Of a stretch of 49,874 nucleotides of DNA, positions 1 to 7,168 are shown piece after piece. Positions within the stretch are counted from its first letter, which is position 1. Each line of letters starts with the position of its first letter. This DNA is from a virus (lineage: Duplodnaviria; Caudoviricetes), in the IMG/VR virus record IMGVR_UViG_3300020294_000008, positions 1 through 49,874 of that record. One strand, written 5' to 3'. Under the pieces are notes generated by a model that saw only the letters and a list, made by a program, of their open reading frames with translations, did no database searches and was not told where the DNA came from. Made by a program: the position numbers and the translations under genes.

Positions 1-75
1 AATGTTAGTTTCTTTTCTAAAAGATTCTCTTTGTTCAATATCTTTTCTAAAGATATTTGAGATAACATCAAACAT
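1..75 (-). CDS. 5' part of a hypothetical protein running off the window edge (MFDVISNIFRKDIEQRESFRKETNI...)
   Basis: ATG at 75 overlaps the TAA of the upstream gene (TAATG coupling); frame open to position 1. Confidence 0.5.
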   Translation of the reverse strand, partial: MFDVISNIFRKDIEQRESFRKETNI

Positions 76-320
76 TAATAAAACCTCTCATTGTTGTAAG
101 TTTTGCCTACTTCTACTTCAATAGATTCAAATATTCTCAACAATGCGTTGGCATATACTCTATAACCACTACCAACATATAGTTGTCCTAATACAACTGA
201 AACAGTTGCAATCCCCCAAAATAAGTAATAGAAACGACTCTTAACTTGTGCTCGTTGTTTAACAAGTTTTCTGTCATCTTTACCCCATTCTGGTAATGGT
301 GGTGCTGGATAATTGGTCAT
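75..320 (-). CDS. hypothetical cyanophage membrane protein
   Basis: 81 aa ORF with one hydrophobic segment (FYYLFWGIATVSVVLGQLYVG); translationally coupled to both neighbours. Confidence 0.7.
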   Translation of the reverse strand: MTNYPAPPLPEWGKDDRKLVKQRAQVKSRFYYLFWGIATVSVVLGQLYVGSGYRVYANALLRIFESIEVEVGKTYNNERFY

Positions 321-412
321 TTTTGTGATAATTTTGCCTGATAATAAGTTATTATAACACCAAATGCTAAAAATAGCAATGTGCCACCAATTTCATACGA
401 AGTTTCATTCAT
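317..412 (-). CDS. small single-TM protein, 31 aa (MNETSYEIGGTLLFLAFGVIITYYQAKLSQK); absent from ORF track
   Basis: AAGGAG RBS upstream, ATGA overlap with next gene, hydrophobic core. Confidence 0.6.
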   Translation of the reverse strand: MNETSYEIGGTLLFLAFGVIITYYQAKLSQK

Positions 413-432
413 TAGTAAAAATTCTCCTTTTG

Positions 433-954
433 TTATGTATATTGTAAAGTTGTATGTAAAATGTATTTTGTATTATCTGTTGGTGGATGACCAATATGAG
501 GGTACATCCACATTGGGGGAAATACTAATACACGACCTAATTTTGGAGTAATTCTTATATTTTCTCTAGGAAATTCTGTATCTCCATTATTATCATTTAA
601 ATAGAATATAATAGATAAGCATCTATTAGCATTTCTATAATTTGATACATCAATATGTTCATCATATCTTTCATCTCCACCTGAAATATATCTTTTAATT
701 CTATAATCTTCTAATTGTTTATATTCTGGTAAATGTGTTGCATTTAAATCTACTTTATAATTATCATAAACTATTTTTGTAAATTGTAATAGTCCAGGTA
801 TATATTGTGGAGCACATTGATTAACATCTAATTCAGTAAATTTAGGTTTATAATTTCTATCTACCCTATGATGATAATTTTCTGCATTTTCAAATAATTG
901 TATTAAACTATCACACCACTCTTTAGATAGTGCATCTTCATAAGTTTTAATCAT
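433..954 (-). CDS. 2OG-Fe(II) oxygenase (prolyl-4-hydroxylase-like)
   Basis: HxD (EHID), IFYLND..GDTEF, distal His (YPHIG), KY motif. Confidence 0.85.
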   Translation of the reverse strand: MIKTYEDALSKEWCDSLIQLFENAENYHHRVDRNYKPKFTELDVNQCAPQYIPGLLQFTKIVYDNYKVDLNATHLPEYKQLEDYRIKRYISGGDERYDEHIDVSNYRNANRCLSIIFYLNDNNGDTEFPRENIRITPKLGRVLVFPPMWMYPHIGHPPTDNTKYILHTTLQYT

Positions 955-1673
955 ATTTTATTATAGTTAATATTATAAATGTGGAACATCATAGAATGAT
1001 AACCACTATTATATTTCTTTCCACTACCTTTCATTTGTAGATGAAATAATTTCCTACCATCTGCTATCCTAAACTCAAGAGTTGTATCATTGAGTGTCCA
1101 TCTACCTTCTTTAACCTGTTTCTCTATAGTATCTACTGGAACCATTCTAATTATTTCAGATCCTTTTTGATGAAATATAATAGTATTAACTGCATCACCA
1201 TTATATCCTTGTTTAACAATAACATCAAAAATTGCACACTTGTTTCGATTCATCCATGTTACAAACGAACTGCAAATTTTTTTCTCTATATTATTTTTAT
1301 ACACCCTATTCTGCTTTATCTCCATAGCAGATAGAGTTAACTCAGGATGTTTCTCTTCTACAATAGATTTCAATTCTTTATTATAATATCCAAAGAACAT
1401 ATCAAGGAACTGTTTATTGTTACCTTTAATCTTAAAGTGTTCAATGAAACCTTGAGTAGATAATAATGCTACCTGAGTATGATTCTTTGACATACTCTTA
1501 CAAGAGTATTTTGTTTTGTTGCCTTCCTTATCATATACATCTACTTTAGTTTGAGGTCCACCATCAACATGATGATCGCCACCAAATAATTTATTAAATG
1601 TTGCAGCAATATGATGCTCGAACTCATGCCCCTTCTTCTTGGCATTTTTACCAGCAGTTACAGCAGCAGTCAT
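951..1673 (-). CDS. PD-(D/E)xK endonuclease, HinP1I/MspI-like type IIP restriction-enzyme family
   Basis: Motif order resembles HinP1I: GKNAKKKGHEFEHHIA..F / TKVD / SCK / HTQV / FFG / RVY / WMNRN / LQMKG..MMFHI. Start placed at M9 (1673) because a -10 box overlaps the track's ATG at 1697. Confidence 0.65.
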   Translation of the reverse strand: MTAAVTAGKNAKKKGHEFEHHIAATFNKLFGGDHHVDGGPQTKVDVYDKEGNKTKYSCKSMSKNHTQVALLSTQGFIEHFKIKGNNKQFLDMFFGYYNKELKSIVEEKHPELTLSAMEIKQNRVYKNNIEKKICSSFVTWMNRNKCAIFDVIVKQGYNGDAVNTIIFHQKGSEIIRMVPVDTIEKQVKEGRWTLNDTTLEFRIADGRKLFHLQMKGSGKKYNSGYHSMMFHIYNINYNKI

Positions 1674-1695
1674 ATCGGATCGTTTAGGTATCTTC

Positions 1696-1724
1696 ATTAT
1701 AATTGATAATAGTTAGGTTAGCAA
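1696..1724 (-). promoter_or_regulatory. sigma70-type (early) promoter TTGCTA-N17-TATAAT for the endonuclease
   Basis: 17-nt spacer and perfect -10 read directly from sequence. Confidence 0.65.
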
Positions 1725-3034
1725 TGATTATGTGACAGTTCTCCATGTGGTTCTGGTTGTTCAACAATGGGAACCAGTAATGGATATTTCTTTGCATAAT
1801 CAGTACCCATACCATAAGCAAATTCAGTAAAGTCTCTATAATTACTACAAAATGGTGGTGGATCAAATTGTAATTTATTATATCTAAATTGTTTTAATAA
1901 ATTTGGATCATCACCAATTATATTAAATAGATCTTCAGTAAAATTATGATGACCATCTAATATATTACATGGATTGAGTTCTTTATTATTTAAATAATCT
2001 CTAGAATTAGTAACCATATTCCTCCAGAATGGAGTATCATACTTTGAACCAAAATGATAACAATATGTAGTATTCCTCAACCATTCATCTACTATATGTG
2101 AATAATAATGATCGTTTAAATGATCTATTCTTTCAGGATTATCATATTCACCATCAAGTATGTAATCAACAATTCTATCTGATATTCTATCATAATATTG
2201 ACCAGCAAGACCTTCTAATGGATCAATAAACCCAATAGCATTACCATTACGAGCATATCTACCAGTATAATGTAACAAATAGGTAGATAATCTTGGTTTC
2301 CATTTAAAATGTCTTAATTCTATATCATTTGCTTCAGGAATAATAGTCTTAAAATCATCAGTTGCTTCATCTATTGATGTTATATTAGAATCAAAACAAT
2401 AACCATAAGTATGTCTACTCTTTAATGGTATACCAAACATCCAACCATTTTTGTGAGCATAATTTATAGTTATTCCCCAATCTCTTCCTTCAGGAATAGG
2501 ACATGCTAATAAATTATTAACACTTTCAAATGGTGAATCAAAATAATGATCGTGGTCAATTAATGATGTACCACCAGTACAATCCATTATAAAATCATAT
2601 CTTTTATTATTAAGATATGCACCATTATTATCAAATCCTACATGTGTTATCTTCTCATCTATTAATTCAAAATCATATGTTGTCTTTGGTAAATACTCAA
2701 GAAAGAATTCACTAAACTTCTTGGTATCAAAGTGCATACCTACTTCATGTAATGATAACCAATGAATGAAATTATGCTTTCTACCCCATCCAATAAATTT
2801 CATTCCATATTTTGTAGTACCATCAAAATATTTCTGTAAATGACTATGTACTATATTTGTAGTATATGCAATTTGTGATGGTAAATCAGGTGTTGTTGAC
2901 TCTCCAATACCAAATATAGGTGCTGTTGAATCATATATCCATGTAATATGTGTATTTAAATCTCTCTCATCTATTAATCTTAAAAGAGTATTAATACCAA
3001 CTACACCTGCACCAACAACTGCAACATTTCTCAT
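1718..3034 (-). CDS. flavin-dependent (tryptophan halogenase-family) halogenase homologue
   Basis: GAGVVG Rossmann motif, GIGEST, catalytic-Lys context TTKYGMKFIGW, DCTG, GWMFGIPL, FIDPLEG. Confidence 0.85.
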   Translation of the reverse strand: MRNVAVVGAGVVGINTLLRLIDERDLNTHITWIYDSTAPIFGIGESTTPDLPSQIAYTTNIVHSHLQKYFDGTTKYGMKFIGWGRKHNFIHWLSLHEVGMHFDTKKFSEFFLEYLPKTTYDFELIDEKITHVGFDNNGAYLNNKRYDFIMDCTGGTSLIDHDHYFDSPFESVNNLLACPIPEGRDWGITINYAHKNGWMFGIPLKSRHTYGYCFDSNITSIDEATDDFKTIIPEANDIELRHFKWKPRLSTYLLHYTGRYARNGNAIGFIDPLEGLAGQYYDRISDRIVDYILDGEYDNPERIDHLNDHYYSHIVDEWLRNTTYCYHFGSKYDTPFWRNMVTNSRDYLNNKELNPCNILDGHHNFTEDLFNIIGDDPNLLKQFRYNKLQFDPPPFCSNYRDFTEFAYGMGTDYAKKYPLLVPIVEQPEPHGELSHNHC

Positions 3035-4470
3035 TAATAATAATTATATCCAATAGTTCCATGATCTTCGGGTGGATCAACAGGATCTAATGACTGAAAT
3101 CTATTAGCATAAGGAGCACCAAATCCATGAGCATATTCTAAAAAAGCATTATAATCATTCATAAGAACATAAGGTAAAAGTCTACTCCTACCTGCCACAT
3201 CTGCCTCAGATGTCATTTCTTCACTATGAAGAAGTTTTCTATACTCTTTATCACCCCATTTATCACATAATACCTCATCTCTCCATACTTTTCCTGGAAA
3301 AAATGCAGGATGTAAATATCTTGGACCTTCTAGATATTTCTGTGCTTGTTGTTTAGCATCTTTCCAGAACTTAGTATCATATTTTGAACCATATTGATAC
3401 ATCAATGCTAATATACATGTATAATCAAGATCTACTACATCACCATATACCTCTTGAACATGTGCTATTATTTCTTTATATATTCCTCTAGTTACTAAAT
3501 CTTCATGGTGGTGAGATGAATGTCCTAATGGTTTACCATCCTCCATAGGATAAAGATACATGTTAATAGATTCACTTAAAATTTGAGAAAGATAAAGATG
3601 ACCAGCAGTTAATGGTTCAATATTAACTAAAGCATTTCCATTTCTAATATAAGTTCCTTTCTCTGGATGTATAACATAATTAGAAATTTTAGGTGTCCAA
3701 TCAAGAATAGTAGTTTTATATGATGTTACATCCTCATCAGGAAAATGTGTTGCAAAGTCTTTAAGTATCTCTTCTTGAGTTGTATCAGTTCTATTTACAT
3801 TATCATAAAAATATATCCACAACTGCTTACTTTGAAGTGGAATACCAGTTATATGTCCATATTTGGCAGCAACTTCGATAGTAAAATCCCAATCACCTGC
3901 TATTGGTTTCTCTATAACTAAAGCAGTATTTGTAAATGCAAATACAGGTGAACCATAATCATTTTCTGCATATATTGGTTGTTTATCACAACAATCAATC
4001 ACATAATCATAACTAACTCCATTAATTAAAGCATTAGTATTATTAATTAAACAAGAATCAATCTTCTCTTCTTTTATAGTAACACCATATCCAAAACATT
4101 GCCCACCATCATCTAACATTGCCTTCCTAAACATTTCTATATCAAAATGAGCAGCAGTTTCAAACTTAAATGATAAATTAGCATTTTTATCCCTTCTATT
4201 ACCCCAACCAACATATTTGTATCCAAGTGAATCAGTTGCATCACAATATTTTCTCAACCATCTTCTTGTTAAATTAATAACACTAGATATTTCAGAGAAT
4301 ACAGGTGGAACAGTTCCAGACATCATGTATGGATATACTTTATCAGGATCATGTATCAAAGTGAATTCATCATCCTTCCACGCATCATATTGTCCTCTAC
4401 TAAACACTAAAGATGCTAACTGCATAAATGCAGCAGGAGTAGCACCAATAATAGCAATTTTTCTTCCCAT
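3034..4470 (-). CDS. divergent tryptophan halogenase-family homologue with degenerate catalytic motifs
   Basis: Same architecture (IAIIG, KYVGWG, HFD, IDC, GIPL, NGNA..IEPL, YGSKYDT.FW) but GATPAA, DSLG and HITGIP substitutions. Confidence 0.75.
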   Translation of the reverse strand: MGRKIAIIGATPAAFMQLASLVFSRGQYDAWKDDEFTLIHDPDKVYPYMMSGTVPPVFSEISSVINLTRRWLRKYCDATDSLGYKYVGWGNRRDKNANLSFKFETAAHFDIEMFRKAMLDDGGQCFGYGVTIKEEKIDSCLINNTNALINGVSYDYVIDCCDKQPIYAENDYGSPVFAFTNTALVIEKPIAGDWDFTIEVAAKYGHITGIPLQSKQLWIYFYDNVNRTDTTQEEILKDFATHFPDEDVTSYKTTILDWTPKISNYVIHPEKGTYIRNGNALVNIEPLTAGHLYLSQILSESINMYLYPMEDGKPLGHSSHHHEDLVTRGIYKEIIAHVQEVYGDVVDLDYTCILALMYQYGSKYDTKFWKDAKQQAQKYLEGPRYLHPAFFPGKVWRDEVLCDKWGDKEYRKLLHSEEMTSEADVAGRSRLLPYVLMNDYNAFLEYAHGFGAPYANRFQSLDPVDPPEDHGTIGYNYY

Positions 4471-4488
4471 TGTATTAAATCCTTTTGA

Positions 4489-4761
4489 TTATTTAGAGTC
4501 TTCAAATAAGTTGATAGGTATTATTTTATCATCAACTAAGAAATCCATCATTCTATCTGGATCCTCATAATTCTCTTCTACATTATCAATAAATCCCTTC
4601 AAATCTCTTATTAATTCCCAACATGCTTGTTGTTCCAATTCTTCTTCAGGTGATAGATTTTCTCTCATCCTACCTAATTGAGCATAATAATCCCATTTAA
4701 GATAGATATATTCTCTAACTTTAATAAAGTCTTTGAATGTTGTTAATGAATTAGATCCCAT
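4489..4761 (-). CDS. hypothetical protein
   Basis: 90 aa ORF, overlaps upstream gene end. Confidence 0.65.
   Translation of the reverse strand: MGSNSLTTFKDFIKVREYIYLKWDYYAQLGRMRENLSPEEELEQQACWELIRDLKGFIDNVEENYEDPDRMMDFLVDDKIIPINLFEDSK
4490..4496 (-). promoter_or_regulatory. T4-type late promoter (CTAAATA) upstream of halogenase pair
   Basis: TAAATA core about 20 nt before the ATG at 4470. Confidence 0.5.
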
Positions 4762-5945
4762 GATTTTTGAACAGTAATGTTTGCTTTTCTAAAGTCATCA
4801 TCAACAAACTTTAGTATTGATCCTTTATATGATACCACATAACCTTCAGGTTTACATGGTTGGTTGTCAACAAATGTTTTAATATCACTTGCTTTACTTA
4901 ATTGATCTATTACCATTTTCTTTGCACTGCGGAGCGATATATAAGATGCTGCCGTAAAATATATATCAGTTTCATACTTGGCAATAAATGCTAAACCTGC
5001 TTTCTTCATATCTTTATACTTTGCTTTAGTCTTTTCTGTTTTTTTCTTACCAATCTCTTCATCCATCTTTATAGAATAAAATTGTGCAAATTCAGATGCA
5101 ATTCTCTTAGTATCTTTAATACCTTTACCAGTACGAATTCTATTATTAAAAAACTGTTTAAATACAACTGCCATTACAAACTTTGTCTGTCCCTGTTCAT
5201 GTATTATATCTAAGAAACTAGATGCTCTTTTTAATGATCCTTCTGCTCTATTAATAATAGCAGTATATTTGGAAGAATCACGAACACTAAACTTAGATAA
5301 ACCTGCTTCATCAGTAAAATTAGCATTTGCTATGAATATATCATCATCAGTATTAATAGTATGTAATTGCCAATTCTTATTAAATACTGCCTTCATATCT
5401 TGAAGAGTGTCACCAAAATAGAGTGTGTGAAATACTATACCCAACTTTGCCTTATCAATTCTTCTTCCTTTATCAGATAAAGCATCAACAGCATAAGTTA
5501 TTGTATTTGGTTGAAATGTAATATGAATATCATCACCTATTCTACCGAATTTCTTATCCTCTTGAGTAAATAATAAATCTCCTTGCATTACCCCAACTAT
5601 ACCAGTCTTGGAAAGATATTTCAAACAAGTCTTTAGTTTCTTATTTAATATTGTATACTCTTCAGTATGATAATAACGATCTATATCTGTATCATCATAA
5701 CATACTTTAGGATTAACTTTATTGAATACGGATTTAGTACCAACAAAGAATCTCTGATTAACTGGATCTTTACCACATATAATAGCAGGAGCACCATCCC
5801 ATTTTGTAGTTATTGATAAAAAGCAACTCTTACCGTCATCCAACTGATGACCAAATGCTTTAAGAAAATCAATAACATTAAATCCACCAGTAGCACCACT
5901 GTTGAGGATGTCATCTTCTAAATGTTCTAGGTGTGTGTTTTTCAT
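4743..5945 (-). CDS. conserved T4-like phage protein (DUF6267-like) with RNA-ligase/nucleotidyltransferase-like motifs
   Basis: NTHLEHLED start, TTKWDGAPAI (KxDG), QGDLLF, FQPNTITY, EGYVV, ILKFVD; start reassigned to MKNTH at 5945. Confidence 0.7.
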   Translation of the reverse strand: MKNTHLEHLEDDILNSGATGGFNVIDFLKAFGHQLDDGKSCFLSITTKWDGAPAIICGKDPVNQRFFVGTKSVFNKVNPKVCYDDTDIDRYYHTEEYTILNKKLKTCLKYLSKTGIVGVMQGDLLFTQEDKKFGRIGDDIHITFQPNTITYAVDALSDKGRRIDKAKLGIVFHTLYFGDTLQDMKAVFNKNWQLHTINTDDDIFIANANFTDEAGLSKFSVRDSSKYTAIINRAEGSLKRASSFLDIIHEQGQTKFVMAVVFKQFFNNRIRTGKGIKDTKRIASEFAQFYSIKMDEEIGKKKTEKTKAKYKDMKKAGLAFIAKYETDIYFTAASYISLRSAKKMVIDQLSKASDIKTFVDNQPCKPEGYVVSYKGSILKFVDDDFRKANITVQKSWDLIH

Positions 5946-5951
5946 ACTTCC

Positions 5952-5996
5952 ATTATAGTCCATACGAGGACTCAATGGGGCATGACTGGACACTTT
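5952..5996 (-). promoter_or_regulatory. early promoter: TATAAT 6 nt before ATG (probably leaderless) with upstream AAAGTGTCCAGT motif
   Basis: Perfect -10 at 5952-5957, weak -35; GTGTCCA-type motif resembles those seen upstream of cyanomyophage early genes. Confidence 0.5.
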
Positions 5997-6007
5997 ATGA
6001 GGTGGTT

Positions 6008-6571
6008 TCATTTTAATTCTGGACCCATTGCCCATGCTACTAAAGATCTTCTAATTCCACTAACTAATGGTGTTACTCTATGCAAACACCAACTAGGAAA
6101 TATTATAATATCTCCTTTATTTTTAGGAAAATCATCATAAAATCTTGTATGATGAATTTGTAATTCTGAACCTTCATATTCAGATGGATCAGTTAATTGT
6201 AATGAAAGACTTATTTTACGAGGTGGCATATCTTGTCCAGTATCGTGATCTACATGCCAATCATAAAAATCTCCTACTTCTTTATATACAGTATATTGAA
6301 AAGATTCCCACCCACGAACATCTAATTTACAACATTTATCATTAAATTGAGTCATAACATTAGTCATCTTTTCATAAATCCATTCATTATTATCTGGTTT
6401 AATCCAACCATTATATGATTTACGAATAGGAATAGCACCTACATCTTTAGGAGTTGCAGTCCATGATTCAGATATATCTATTTCACCAAGAGATTCTAAT
6501 GAAACAATACGATCACATTCTTCAGAAGTGAAAACATTTGGAAGGTATTGTGGATCAATACGATAATTCAT
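6008..6571 (-). CDS. 2OG-Fe(II) oxygenase (PKHD/P4H-like)
   Basis: FQYTVY, WHVD, RKISLSLQL, FPS..LHRVTPLVSGIRRSLVAW. Confidence 0.9.
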   Translation of the reverse strand: MNYRIDPQYLPNVFTSEECDRIVSLESLGEIDISESWTATPKDVGAIPIRKSYNGWIKPDNNEWIYEKMTNVMTQFNDKCCKLDVRGWESFQYTVYKEVGDFYDWHVDHDTGQDMPPRKISLSLQLTDPSEYEGSELQIHHTRFYDDFPKNKGDIIIFPSWCLHRVTPLVSGIRRSLVAWAMGPELK

Positions 6572-6573
6572 AA

Positions 6574-7161
6574 TTACTTAAAGGCAGTACCACATAACCA
6601 CACAACTAAACTCCTTCTATATCCAGATGTAACAGGTTGTACTTGATGTAGACAATAACTAGGAAAAGCAATAACTAATCCCTTTTTCTTTGGTAATGTA
6701 TGTAGTTTACTAGCATGTATTTGAAAATCACCACCTTCATACTCACTTGCTTCAGATAATTGTAAGGTCATACTTAACTTGCGAGGGGGATTCTCAGATT
6801 TTGATTCTCCACCTCCATCAATATGCCATCCATAAAATGATTTGTCACTATTATACCTAGTATATTGTAGATCTTCATTAAACCCACTTATTTCAAATCT
6901 CCAATGCAATCCATTTAAACACCTAGAAATATTTCCCAATCTTTGATAAATCCATTCGGTATCTTTATTTACTGACAACCAAGAGTTTAATGATTTACGA
7001 ATACCTGTATCAACACCACTAGTCACAGAAGAATTAAACGAATCTTTAGATTCACCTAAACGAATTATTTCATTACATTCTTCTTCAGTGAATCCATCTT
7101 CCCAAGTAGCATAGTCACGCCCATCAAATGTAGGATGAGGCAATATTGAATAATAAGACAT
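6574..7161 (-). CDS. 2OG-Fe(II) oxygenase (PKHD/P4H-like)
   Basis: LQYTRY, WHID, RKLSMTLQL, YEGGDF, HQVQPVTSGYRRSLVVW. Confidence 0.9.
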   Translation of the reverse strand: MSYYSILPHPTFDGRDYATWEDGFTEEECNEIIRLGESKDSFNSSVTSGVDTGIRKSLNSWLSVNKDTEWIYQRLGNISRCLNGLHWRFEISGFNEDLQYTRYNSDKSFYGWHIDGGGESKSENPPRKLSMTLQLSEASEYEGGDFQIHASKLHTLPKKKGLVIAFPSYCLHQVQPVTSGYRRSLVVWLCGTAFK

Positions 7162-7168
7162 AATTTAA

